A DNA stretch of 64,000 nucleotides from positions 480,001 to 544,000 of the forward strand of contig CAWFQB010000005.1 in the NCBI GenBank assembly GCA_963817895.1, in the 5' to 3' direction. The notes beneath the pieces are model-generated. The model saw nothing but the letters and a program-made list of their open reading frames with translations, was not told where the DNA came from and did no database searches. Below, piece by piece: positions 19,901 through 29,282 of the stretch. This stretch comes from an uncultured Chthonomonadaceae bacterium (GTDB lineage: Bacteria; Armatimonadota; Chthonomonadetes; Chthonomonadales; Chthonomonadaceae). A program made the translations under genes and the position numbers. The first letter of the stretch is position 1; every line of letters begins with the position of its first letter.

Positions 19901-21199
19901 ATGGCGCACGGATGGGTAGAGATGATGCTGATGATTTTGCGCGTCCTGCTCGGACTGTGCCTGTTCGCGTACAGCGCGTATGCGGGCGCGTGCGTGTGGG
20001 CGGCGCGGCAGTGGCATCGCGTTCGACAAGTGATTGACCCGGACTGGACGCCGCCCGTCACCATTCTCAAGCCCGTGCGCGGCAACGACGCTTACGCTTA
20101 CGACAACTTCGCCAGTTTTTGCCGTCTGGACTATCCCACCAATCGCGTTCAAATCGTATTCGGCGTGCTGGATGCGAATGACCCCGCCATTCGCGTGGTG
20201 CGCCAACTTCAATGCGACTTTCCAGACCGCGACATCACCATTATCGTTCCCCCGCCTGCCCCGCTTCGCGGCCACAACCTGAAAGTGTGCAACCTCGTCG
20301 CCATGCTCCCCGCCGCCAAGCATAGCCTTTTAGTCCTGTGCGACAGCGACATCCGCGTCGGGCCGGACTATTTGCGTCACGTCGTCGCGCCGTTTCGGGA
20401 AGAGGAAAGAAAAGGAGAAAAGGAGAAAAGGAGAAGAGGAGAAGAGGGGAAGATACGAGATACGAGATACGAGATACGAGAAGGAGAGGATTCATCCCTC
20501 ATCCTTCATCCTTCATCCTTTGCCGTCGGCCTTGTCACCTGTCCATATCGGGGGTTTTTGCCGCAGAATTTGCCATCGTATCTGGAAGCGTTGGGATTTG
20601 GGGCGGATTTTATACCGAGCGCGTTGGTCAGTCGGGCGTTGAGCGGAATTGATTTTGCATTTGGGGCAACGATTGCCATTCCGCGCGTTATTCTGGATGA
20701 AATCGGCGGTTTTGAGGCCATTCTGGATGACCTTGCCGATGATTTTTTGTTGGGCAACCGCGTGAAACATGCCGGGTATCAGGTTGTCTTATCCAATTAT
20801 GTAGTGGAGAATGTATTAGGAGCCGAGCCATTCGATACGATGTGGGCGCGGCGGCTGCGTTGGGCGCGAACCGTGCGCGCCTGCCGTCCCATTGGGTATC
20901 TGGGCGCGTTCATCACACAGGGCAGCACGCTCGCGCTGCTGTTCGGCATGGCGATGGGCTTCAACGCGCCCGGAATTTCTATCATGTTTGGCGTTCTCGC
21001 GGTACGCATTGCTGCCGCGACATGGATTGCCAACGTATATACCCATGATGTCAGTGTGCGGCGCGGCTGGCTGTTGCTGCCCCTGAGTGATCTGCTGCAA
21101 AGCGCCCTGTACGTCGTCAGCTTTTTTGGCAGCAACATCGTATGGCGCGGACAGAAGTTTCGATTGCTGACGGGCGGCAAAATTATTCGTATTCCCTGA
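19901..21199 (+). CDS. hpnI: HpnI/ceramide glucosyltransferase-like GT2
   Basis: PVTILKPVRG, NLKVCNL, DSDIRV, LADDFLLG, RRLRWART, IVWRG; carries an in-frame repeat insert. Confidence 0.8.
   Translation: MAHGWVEMMLMILRVLLGLCLFAYSAYAGACVWAARQWHRVRQVIDPDWTPPVTILKPVRGNDAYAYDNFASFCRLDYPTNRVQIVFGVLDANDPAIRVVRQLQCDFPDRDITIIVPPPAPLRGHNLKVCNLVAMLPAAKHSLLVLCDSDIRVGPDYLRHVVAPFREEERKGEKEKRRRGEEGKIRDTRYEIREGEDSSLILHPSSFAVGLVTCPYRGFLPQNLPSYLEALGFGADFIPSALVSRALSGIDFAFGATIAIPRVILDEIGGFEAILDDLADDFLLGNRVKHAGYQVVLSNYVVENVLGAEPFDTMWARRLRWARTVRACRPIGYLGAFITQGSTLALLFGMAMGFNAPGISIMFGVLAVRIAAATWIANVYTHDVSVRRGWLLLPLSDLLQSALYVVSFFGSNIVWRGQKFRLLTGGKIIRIP
20399..20521 (+). repeat. Composite microsatellite element in frame in hpnI
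   Basis: (GGAGAARA)n-(AGATACG)x4-(TTCATCC)x4 lying between APF and VGLVTC. Confidence 0.85.
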
Positions 21200-21327
21200 A
21201 ACTACCTTTTGAAGCTATTGGGTACGCAATGGGATTGCCGCCGCCGCCCATTCGTGCTATAATCAGATACGAACACTACATTAGAATACGAACACAAATT
21301 CCGGCCCGGAAAACTCAGGAAACTATT

Positions 21328-22272
21328 GTGACAACTTCGACAACCCTTGCTTCTCCACATATACTAAATGCGCTGCATACATCAGGTCGCGCCGACGCGG
21401 ACGAAACCCTCCTGTCCGCCGATCTTGCCGCCAAATACGCCGACTTGCAGGCTATTTTGCGCGATATGGGCAGGTGCGTTATCGGCTATTCGGGCGGCGT
21501 GGACAGTACCCTTGTGCTGAAAGTGGCCCATGACGTTCTCGGCAACCGCGCTGTAGCCGTGACCGGCGACTCGGAAGCGTTTCCGCAAGGCGAAGTGGAT
21601 GCCGCGCTCACAGTGGCTGAAGCGATGGGCGTGGTCGTGACGCGCGTTCGCACTCATGAACTCGCCAACCCGAACTTCGCCGTCAACACGCCCAACCGCT
21701 GCTACCATTGCAAAAACGAACTGTTCAGCGAACTGCAAACGGTTGCGCGGGAACGCGACATTCCGTGGATCGTGGACGGCTCCCATGCCGACGACGGCAA
21801 ACCGGGCGATCACCGTCCGGGCATCCGGGCGGCGGAAGAGCGCGGCGTTCGCAGTCCCCTGCGCGAAGCGGGCATGACCAAAGCCGACGTGCGCGCCCTT
21901 GCCCTGCATTTAGGCGTACCCAACTGGGACAAGCCCTCGTTTGCCTGCCTGTCGTCGCGCTTTCCGTATGGCACGGAGATCACGGCTCCCCTGCTGGCGC
22001 AACTGGACGGCTGTGAAAAGTTTCTGCGCGAACTCGGCTTCCGGCAGTTCCGCGTTCGCCACCATGATACGGTCGCCCGTATCGAAGTGGAACCGCAGGA
22101 CATTGTTCGCCTTGTAGAACTGCGCGAAACCGTCAACGCCCGCTTCAAGGAACTCGGCTATACCTATGTCACGCTTGATATGGAGGGCTACCGTTCCGGC
22201 AAAATGAACGACACGCTGCCCAAAAAACCCGATCTGGTTCCGCTCTCTTCCATACATATGATTAAGAAATAG
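21328..22272 (+). CDS. larE: LarE nickel-pincer cofactor sulfur transferase
   Basis: PP-loop SGGVDS, NRCYHCK, DHRPG, KPSFACLSSRFPYG, GYRSGKMN. Confidence 0.9.
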   Translation: MTTSTTLASPHILNALHTSGRADADETLLSADLAAKYADLQAILRDMGRCVIGYSGGVDSTLVLKVAHDVLGNRAVAVTGDSEAFPQGEVDAALTVAEAMGVVVTRVRTHELANPNFAVNTPNRCYHCKNELFSELQTVARERDIPWIVDGSHADDGKPGDHRPGIRAAEERGVRSPLREAGMTKADVRALALHLGVPNWDKPSFACLSSRFPYGTEITAPLLAQLDGCEKFLRELGFRQFRVRHHDTVARIEVEPQDIVRLVELRETVNARFKELGYTYVTLDMEGYRSGKMNDTLPKKPDLVPLSSIHMIKK

Positions 22273-22421
22273 ACAATTTTGCTTACTCTTAATTGCCGCG
22301 CGTCGTAAAAATGCCGTCACAATGGCACTGCATCCGGGTTATAGTGAAGCAGCAACGCGCATCCGCGCATACACTGTACGCTTCATTGGACTTTGGACGC
22401 ATTTGTCAAAAGGGGACGACC

Positions 22422-23243
22422 ATGAAAGCTATTAACCTGACGGGCAAAACATTCGCAATCGCCGGTTTGTGTCTGCTGACGACAACCGGTATGACGCAGC
22501 AGCAGAATCCTGCCGATGGAACCGCTTCGGCGGCAGACCCGGCGGCAAGCGCGGCCCAGGCAACCAACCGGCAGATGGCCCGCTCGATTTGGGAACGCGC
22601 CCACATCGGGCCGAAAGGCGAAAAGTCCGCGCAGGTGGAATTCACAATAGATATTGCCTCCAGTGACAGCGGCGCAGCCTCTTTTACGCTGAAAATGACG
22701 CGGGTAGGCAAGCAGTACCGCATGGAACTAATTCCCATCGGGCAAGGCATCGGCGAATTGGGACGCGACGCTCGAAAAATGCGGATGCTAGTCGTTTCCG
22801 ATGGCAAAGCCGAATACTCTCTGGCGGGCCAAGAGTACACCAAAAGAGCCGCGAGCAGCCGATCTTCGCTCCTGTTTCTTGCCGATTCCACAACAGAACC
22901 TTGTGACCTGCTGCCGCCCGTCACGCTCAACGGCCAGCCTGCTTATGTGGTGCGTTCACGGGTCGGCGACAAAGATAACAGCATTGTTATGCTTAGTTAT
23001 ATCAATCAGAATACGTACCAGATTATGAAATTCGAGGCCGGAAACGATGTCGCGAACAGTGGATTTAACATTGTCGCCGCGATAAAAAGCGAAGTCTTCA
23101 ACAGGGATGTGCCGGAAAGCCTGTTCAAATTCACGCCGCCGCATGGCGCGAAACAGATACCGGCCACAGCGGACGCTTCCGCAAACCCGTTGCAGGTCGC
23201 TATGCTCGGCATGGCGGGAAGCGGCGCAAGCCACACTAAATAA
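22422..23243 (+). CDS. Exported LolA-like/DUF2092-like protein
   Basis: Signal peptide, VVSDGK, C-terminal VPESLFKFTPPHGAK. Confidence 0.6.
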   Translation: MKAINLTGKTFAIAGLCLLTTTGMTQQQNPADGTASAADPAASAAQATNRQMARSIWERAHIGPKGEKSAQVEFTIDIASSDSGAASFTLKMTRVGKQYRMELIPIGQGIGELGRDARKMRMLVVSDGKAEYSLAGQEYTKRAASSRSSLLFLADSTTEPCDLLPPVTLNGQPAYVVRSRVGDKDNSIVMLSYINQNTYQIMKFEAGNDVANSGFNIVAAIKSEVFNRDVPESLFKFTPPHGAKQIPATADASANPLQVAMLGMAGSGASHTK

Positions 23244-23273
23244 CCCAAGTTGAATAAGGAACTCAAAATACTG

Positions 23274-24026
23274 ATGCAGAAACTATTCGGAATGGTCGCA
23301 GGCGCGGCCTTTACGCTGCTGGCCGTTCAAACCGCGCAGGCGCAGGACGTGAAAGCCATTGTCGCCAAAACCAACGCGGCCTACCACAACCTGAAAACCA
23401 TCAAGCTTTCGCTGCAAACCACGATGACAATGGATAAACAGAGCAGCAACGTGACCACGGAAGGCCAGTTCATTCCCGGCAAAAAGGCCAATCTTGTCGT
23501 GACGCCCAAAACGCCCGGCAAGCCGATGATGCGTACCAAAGACGGCAAACTGGTTCCCACCCCGACCGGAAAACAGGGCGCGATGGTGGTGGACGACGGG
23601 CAGGCCAGTTACATGATGGACGTGGGGACCAACCAGTATGTCAAGCAGCCGCACAACCCCAACATCTTTCCGATTATGGGGATGAAGTACGGCCTGCCGT
23701 TCGGCGGCATGGACCCGAAGGCTTCGTATTACAAACTGCTGGCCCCGGCCACCATCAGCGGCGTCCCCTGCTTTACGCTGCAACTGACGCCGCCCTCCAA
23801 AGACGTAACTACAACCGTCTTGATCTACGTGGATAAAGCGACGTATCGCGTTAAAGAGGCCAAAATCACCCAATCCAACGGCAAGCAGACGATGATTGCC
23901 CAAACGCTGGTGAAATCCGAAACCATCAACGCGCCCATTGCCGACAGCGTCTTCACCTTCGCCCCGCCCAAAGGCGCGCAGGAAGTCAAGCCGCCGCCGC
24001 CTCAACCCGGACCGACAGGAAAGTAG
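23274..24026 (+). CDS. Exported LolA-like/DUF2092-like protein (paralog)
   Basis: Signal peptide (AQA), VVDDGQ, IYVDKATY, IADSVFTFAPPKGA. Confidence 0.65.
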   Translation: MQKLFGMVAGAAFTLLAVQTAQAQDVKAIVAKTNAAYHNLKTIKLSLQTTMTMDKQSSNVTTEGQFIPGKKANLVVTPKTPGKPMMRTKDGKLVPTPTGKQGAMVVDDGQASYMMDVGTNQYVKQPHNPNIFPIMGMKYGLPFGGMDPKASYYKLLAPATISGVPCFTLQLTPPSKDVTTTVLIYVDKATYRVKEAKITQSNGKQTMIAQTLVKSETINAPIADSVFTFAPPKGAQEVKPPPPQPGPTGK

Positions 24027-24029
24027 GTA

Positions 24030-24123
24030 GGAGATACGAGATACGAGATACGAGCATAAGAGTTGACACATCATACGGTTTATGAAGTCTGTCCCCTTCT
24101 TGTATCTCGTATCTCGTATCTTC
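24030..24123. repeat. Inverted pair of AGATACG heptamer arrays around a ~50-bp spacer
   Basis: AGATACGAGATACGAGATAC (24032-24051) and its reverse complement (24102-24121). Confidence 0.85.
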
Positions 24124-24135
24124 CTCACTAAAACT

Positions 24136-24942
24136 ATGGATGCCGAACGACTCCGACAATTGCTGGAACATGTGCGGGGGGGCGAAACCTCGATTGAAGA
24201 GGCGATGGCTCTCCTGCGTTCCCTGCCGTATGAAGATTTGGGTTTTGCCAAACTGGATCACCACCGCGCCCTGCGCAACGGTTTTCCCGAAGTGGTGTAC
24301 TGTCCGGGCAAAACAACCGAACATATCCTTGCCATTCTGGATCGCCTCATACTCCGCGCTCCCAAAGTGCTGGCGTCCCGCGCCTCGCCCGAAGTCGCGC
24401 AGGCCGTGCTGAACCAGTTTCCCGACAACGCTGTTTATCACGAATTGGCGCGGATGTTAGTAGTAAAAGAAAAGGATGAAGGCGGAAGGATGAAGGATGA
24501 AGCCGAATCCAGTTCATCCCTGCCTTCTCCCAATACCCTCGGAACCATTCTCGTCGTGTCTGCGGGAACGGCGGATTTGCCGGTTGCGGAAGAAGCGGTG
24601 ATAACGGCCTCGGAGATGGGGAGTACGGTCGAACGGCTGTACGATGTGGGCGTAGCGGGTATACACCGCCTGCTGAATAATCAAGAACGGTTGTATGCGG
24701 CCAATGTGCTGGTTGTGGTGGCGGGGATGGAGGGCGCGTTGGCTTCCGTAGTGGGCGGGCTGGTATCGCGTCCCGTAATCGCCGTCCCGACCAGCATCGG
24801 CTATGGCGCGAGTTTTCAGGGATTATCCGCCCTGCTGACGATGCTGAATTCGTGCGCGACGGGTGTAGGGGTGGTCAACATAGACAACGGCTTCGGCGCG
24901 GGCTATCTGGCGCACCTTATCAATCAAAGCGTTGAGCGTTAA
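24136..24942 (+). CDS. larB: LarB nickel-pincer cofactor biosynthesis protein
   Basis: DHHRALRNGFPEVVY, AGTADLPVAEEA, DVGVAGIHRL, AGMEGAL, PTSIGYGA, VNIDNGFGA. Confidence 0.93.
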   Translation: MDAERLRQLLEHVRGGETSIEEAMALLRSLPYEDLGFAKLDHHRALRNGFPEVVYCPGKTTEHILAILDRLILRAPKVLASRASPEVAQAVLNQFPDNAVYHELARMLVVKEKDEGGRMKDEAESSSSLPSPNTLGTILVVSAGTADLPVAEEAVITASEMGSTVERLYDVGVAGIHRLLNNQERLYAANVLVVVAGMEGALASVVGGLVSRPVIAVPTSIGYGASFQGLSALLTMLNSCATGVGVVNIDNGFGAGYLAHLINQSVER

Positions 24943-25001
24943 TACAGGCGGATACAAAAACGCAGGCAAGCACGATCCTAAGTGATGATCGCAACATACC
25001 G

Positions 25002-25068
25002 GTAGGGACACAACATGTTGTGTCCCATCTTGTTGTGCCAATGCGGACACAACATGTTGTGTCCCTAC
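25002..25068. repeat. GTAG-type REP doublet (REPIN-like)
   Basis: GTAGGGACACAACATGTTGTGTCCC plus an inverted copy ending CCCTAC, between convergent genes. Confidence 0.8.
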
Positions 25069-25086
25069 GACCTTTGACGGTAACGC

Positions 25087-25812
25087 TTACTTATGTGAAA
25101 TCAATTTCACGTCCCCGCCACTCGGAACTTCGCGGACAACGCCGATGTTGGGCGCATAATATTTGTACTCCGGGGCTTCGCCGCTGACGGTTTCCTTAAC
25201 CTTGACGCAATGTTTGTACGCGCCGGAGGGAATCGTGACGGTTTCCTCGACGGATACGACCTCATCGTCCTCGACCGCGATACCGGGCACATCTTCGGAA
25301 CGGAACTTGTCGCCCACTTTGGGATGCGCGGGTATCAGCAGTCCCGGCTTTGCGCTGTGTTCTCCGACCAGCCACGCGCCCTCGTGTCCGATGATTTTGC
25401 CATCGCGGTACATATCCACTTTTTCGCCAAGATAGTAGACGGCCCCGGCATCGGACTGCGCGAAGTAGTCCAGCGTAATTTCCTTCAGTTTGCCGCCCAC
25501 GAACTCGCGGTCTTCCATGATACGGGCTTCCACCTTTTGCCCGTCAATGGTAAACGCGCGCGAACCCGGCTTCATGCCGCGTTCCACGCGCAGGGTCTTG
25601 CCGTCCTCTTTGCCCGTCAGTATGTCCTGATGCAGGCTGTTCAACGGCAGGTAGGCGTTGGTAATCGCGGTGGGGTTGGCAAAGCGCAATTCCGCTGTTT
25701 TGGCAGGGGTAGACGGTTCGATCTGCGCGCGCAGGAGTTGCATAGAGGAACCGGACAGCGTTGCCAGCGTAGCACAGTAGAGCAAGATGCGCGAACGGGA
25801 AAGCGTGTTCAT
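25087..25812 (-). CDS. Exported hypothetical protein
   Basis: Signal peptide; ITNAYLPL, DYFAQSDAGAVYYLGE, KYYAPNIG; GAAAGGA RBS. Confidence 0.65.
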   Translation of the reverse strand: MNTLSRSRILLYCATLATLSGSSMQLLRAQIEPSTPAKTAELRFANPTAITNAYLPLNSLHQDILTGKEDGKTLRVERGMKPGSRAFTIDGQKVEARIMEDREFVGGKLKEITLDYFAQSDAGAVYYLGEKVDMYRDGKIIGHEGAWLVGEHSAKPGLLIPAHPKVGDKFRSEDVPGIAVEDDEVVSVEETVTIPSGAYKHCVKVKETVSGEAPEYKYYAPNIGVVREVPSGGDVKLISHK

Positions 25813-26005
25813 ACAAGCGTGTTCCTTTCATCTGAAGGCGCATGTCTGCCAGAGCAGGCACGATTGCAGTGTCTCATCCACCATGATATACGGAAGAGTC
25901 TCACAGTGGGCTTAGAATTTTCTTAGAATATACGTTATAGATTTGTGCTACTCTGATAGCGCGACAAGAGCGTTGAACACCCTTTAAAGCCGGAGAACGA
26001 TCAGA

Positions 26006-26716
26006 ATGCTTAGAAAAGACCTTCTTTATGCAATGCTGGCAGGCGCGACCCTGTCGGGGATTGGCTGCCTGCTGCTGGCCCCGCGCCATACAACGCAGAC
26101 TGTTCCCGCGCGGGAAACTGCGTCCGTATATAAAGAGAGGCAATCCGCGCCGCCCGTTTCGGCTGTGGTCAATGAGGCAATTCGGGATGCCGCGCCTGTG
26201 ACCCGCGAGGCCGATGTTCATGCTGTAGCTGTCATGCGCCCCACGAAGCCTGCGAAGGCGTTCAAAAAGCCAATATTACTGCCGGAAACGCCGCCGGCAC
26301 GTAAAGCCGTCGCTTCCAAATCGTCCGTCGCGGTACAGGAAGCCCCGCCTGCCCCCGCCCTGCCGATTATGCAGAATTCGGCTCCGTCTGTTGCCGCGCA
26401 GGTATTTACGGCGCAGGAAGCGCGCATCGCGTTGGGCAAAGTGGGAACCGATCCTGAAGCGGAGGCCGTCTGGATTAGCGCCATCAACGACCCCAACATG
26501 CCCGCCAAACAGCGCAAAGACCTGATCGAAGACCTCAACGAAGAGGGCTTTGCCAACCCCAAACAACTGACAGGCGCGGACCTGCCCCGCATTGAGAATC
26601 GATTGGCCCTGATTGAAGAACTCGCGCCCGAAGCCATTGACCAGACCAACGCCGATGCGTTTCAGGAAGCCTACAAAGACCTCAAAAATATGCAAAGCCG
26701 CCTGAGCAAACCGTAG
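26006..26716 (+). CDS. Membrane-anchored hypothetical protein
   Basis: N-terminal TM, Pro/Ala linker, helical C-terminal domain (RKDLIEDLNEEG). Confidence 0.6.
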   Translation: MLRKDLLYAMLAGATLSGIGCLLLAPRHTTQTVPARETASVYKERQSAPPVSAVVNEAIRDAAPVTREADVHAVAVMRPTKPAKAFKKPILLPETPPARKAVASKSSVAVQEAPPAPALPIMQNSAPSVAAQVFTAQEARIALGKVGTDPEAEAVWISAINDPNMPAKQRKDLIEDLNEEGFANPKQLTGADLPRIENRLALIEELAPEAIDQTNADAFQEAYKDLKNMQSRLSKP

Positions 26717-26720
26717 GATT

Positions 26721-26767
26721 GCCCTCAACCCCCGGCCCCTTCTCCCAATAAAGCCTGGGAGAAGGGG
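26721..26767 (+). repeat. CCCTCA..CCCCTTCTCCCA/TGGGAGAAGGGG palindromic element (copy 1)
   Basis: 12-bp stem; near-identical copy at 38314-38356; both lie just after a stop codon. Confidence 0.75.
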
Positions 26768-26829
26768 AGTCGATTGATCTTCCTCTGTTAAAGCGAACGG
26801 AGTTCATAAGGTTAATTCACAATCAGCAA

Positions 26830-28101
26830 TTACTCGAAGCGCAGGGCTTCAATGGGGTGCAGGCGGGAGGCTTTGTTCGCCGGGTAGATGCCGAAGAACA
26901 GGCCGACACCGGCAGACACCATCAGCGCGACAAATACCGCCGTCAGGTTGACAACCGCGCTCCACCCGGAGAAATACGCCAATATCTGCGCAATCCCAAC
27001 CCCCATAACGATTCCGAGCAGGCCGCCGAGCAGCGAGATAATCGCGGACTCGATGAGGAACTGCATCATAATATCGCGGGGCGTGGCTCCGATAGCCTTG
27101 CGGATGCCGATTTCGCGGGTTCGTTCTGTTACGGATACGAGCATGATGTTCATAATGCCGATGCCGCCCACAACGAGCGAGATAACCGCGACGGCGGAAA
27201 GCAGCGTGGTCATGGTTCCCGTAATGCTCTGCTGCGACTCCATCAGTTCCGTCTGGCTGCGGATTCGGAAATCGTCGTTGTCGGGAAAGGGCGGCGTCAG
27301 TCGGTGGCGAACGCGCAGATAACTGGAAATTTGCTCCTGCGCCAGCGGCATCATGTCCTGCGTGGTGCAGCGTATTAGAATGTCGTTGAGGTAGTTCCGG
27401 TTCAGAACACGCCGCATGGCCGTTGTCACGGGAACCAGAACAACGTCGTCCTGATCCTGTCCCCATGAGGTTGAGCCTTTGGGGGCCAGCATCCCCACGA
27501 CGCGGAACTTCTGCCGATTGATGGCGATGGTTCGGCCTGTCAGGTCGGTATGCGCGTCCCCGGTCAGATGTTCGGCAATAGTCTGGCCCGCGACACAGAC
27601 TTTGAAACTGCCCTCCTGTTCGGCCTCGCTAAAGAAACGCCCGGACGCCACTTCGGTATTCTTCACATACAGGTAGTCGCTCGTGGTTCCGATGACATCT
27701 GTGTTGGCGTCCACGCTGTCCATTCGCACCTGAACGCCCGAATCAATCTGCGGCGCGACGCGGTCTACCGCCTGCGCGAAGTTTTTGGCGATGGCATTGG
27801 CATCCGCAAGCGTCAGGCGGTTGGGCGCGACGCTGTTGGCGATTGCGCCGTTGGCAATTGTGGCCGCGCGGGACGTCACCGTGCCGACGCGCAGGCGGTT
27901 GCGATTGGTGGAAACGGAAAGCAGATTGGTTCCCAGCGAGTTGACAGTTTCTGTCACCCGCTGGGTCGCGCCCTCTCCGATAGCGACAACCACGATCACC
28001 ACGCCGACGCCGATAATCATGCCGAGCATGGTGAGCGCGGTTCGCATTTTGTTGCTGGCAAGCCCGCGCAGGGCCACCCGCAACCCTTCAAGTAAGTTCA
28101 T
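26830..28101 (-). CDS. MacB/FtsX-type ABC permease
   Basis: LTMLGMIIGV, GGIGIMNIMLVSVTERTREIGIRKAIGA, PIEALRFE. Confidence 0.93.
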   Translation of the reverse strand: MNLLEGLRVALRGLASNKMRTALTMLGMIIGVGVVIVVVAIGEGATQRVTETVNSLGTNLLSVSTNRNRLRVGTVTSRAATIANGAIANSVAPNRLTLADANAIAKNFAQAVDRVAPQIDSGVQVRMDSVDANTDVIGTTSDYLYVKNTEVASGRFFSEAEQEGSFKVCVAGQTIAEHLTGDAHTDLTGRTIAINRQKFRVVGMLAPKGSTSWGQDQDDVVLVPVTTAMRRVLNRNYLNDILIRCTTQDMMPLAQEQISSYLRVRHRLTPPFPDNDDFRIRSQTELMESQQSITGTMTTLLSAVAVISLVVGGIGIMNIMLVSVTERTREIGIRKAIGATPRDIMMQFLIESAIISLLGGLLGIVMGVGIAQILAYFSGWSAVVNLTAVFVALMVSAGVGLFFGIYPANKASRLHPIEALRFE

Positions 28102-28121
28102 AAGTATCTATCGCGAGAAAA

Positions 28122-28589
28122 CTATTCCTTCTCGCCCTTCTCGCCCTTCTCGCCTTTTTCTCCGGCTTCGCCCTTTTCGCCCGCTTCCGATTTGGAGGCT
28201 TTCGCGCCCTTGCCGGATTTGTCCATTTTGCCGGTCTTCTTGCCCGTCTTTTTGGCTTCTTCGGCCTTTTTTTCCGCCGCTTCTTCTTTGGCGGTGACCG
28301 TCTCTTCCGAGTCGATCTTGCCCGTGTTGGCGTTGACCATCACTTCATGCGTTTTGCCGCCGGCCTTGACCATCACGGCGTATTCCCACTTGCCCTCTTC
28401 GTTTTCGAGCGCGGTTTTGCCCTGAACCTTGCCGCTCTTGTATTTCTTCAGCGCGACGGCTTCCGCCTGTGTGGAGGACAATTTGGTTTTGGGCGTTTGC
28501 TGCGCCCGGACGGTTGCGGTTCCGGCGCAAAGCAGGCTAACGAGGGCAAGACTGCCGAGGGCCGTCCGCAGAGTACGATTCGTGTTCAT
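28122..28589 (-). CDS. Exported PepSY-domain protein with a charged (GEK)n tail
   Basis: LSSTQAEAVALK...EVMVNANTGKI; 9-bp repeats at the 3' end. Confidence 0.72.
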   Translation of the reverse strand: MNTNRTLRTALGSLALVSLLCAGTATVRAQQTPKTKLSSTQAEAVALKKYKSGKVQGKTALENEEGKWEYAVMVKAGGKTHEVMVNANTGKIDSEETVTAKEEAAEKKAEEAKKTGKKTGKMDKSGKGAKASKSEAGEKGEAGEKGEKGEKGEKE

Positions 28590-28684
28590 GTGGTTTTCCC
28601 TTTCAGGAGGAAGGATTGGAAGCGCGATCAATGATGCGCAACGCCATTATACCAGCGGACGGGGCAAACGAAACTTAGAATGTA

Positions 28685-29257
28685 TTAAGAGGCTTGCTGG
28701 AGGAAATTGCGGAGGAGGTCTTTGCCGCTGGCAGTCAGCGCGGATTCGGGGTGGAATTGAACGCCCTCTACCGCGTATTCCCGATGCCGGACGCCCATCA
28801 CTTCGCCCTCGGCGGTTTCCGCCGTGATTTCCAGACAGGCAGGCATGGTGTCGCGCTTGATAACGAGGGAATGGTAGCGCGTCGCCTCGAACGGCTGCGG
28901 CAGGCCACGAAACACGCCCTTGCCCTCGTGGTGAATCAGCGACGTTTTGCCGTGCATGATGCGGTCATTGCGCACCACGTCGCCGCCGAACGCCGCCCCG
29001 ATGCTCTGATGCCCCAAACACACGCCAAAAATGGGTATCTCGCCCGCGAATCGCTGTATCAGCGGCACGCTAACCCCGGCCTCATTGGGAGTGCAGGGGC
29101 CGGGCGAAATCAGAATACCCTCCGGGTTGAGGTCAGCAATCTCGTCCAGCGTAATGCGGTCGTTGCGCCGCACGTCCACGCTTGCGCCAAGTTCGCCCAG
29201 ATACTGCACCAGATTATAGGTAAAACTGTCGTAATTATCAATAACCAGAATCATCAT
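28685..29257 (-). CDS. trpG: Anthranilate/aminodeoxychorismate synthase glutamine amidotransferase (TrpG/PabA)
   Basis: [34 protein letters not shown]. Confidence 0.92.
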   Translation of the reverse strand: MMILVIDNYDSFTYNLVQYLGELGASVDVRRNDRITLDEIADLNPEGILISPGPCTPNEAGVSVPLIQRFAGEIPIFGVCLGHQSIGAAFGGDVVRNDRIMHGKTSLIHHEGKGVFRGLPQPFEATRYHSLVIKRDTMPACLEITAETAEGEVMGVRHREYAVEGVQFHPESALTASGKDLLRNFLQQAS

Positions 29258-29282
29258 TTTCCTCATCGCTATAAAATAGACT

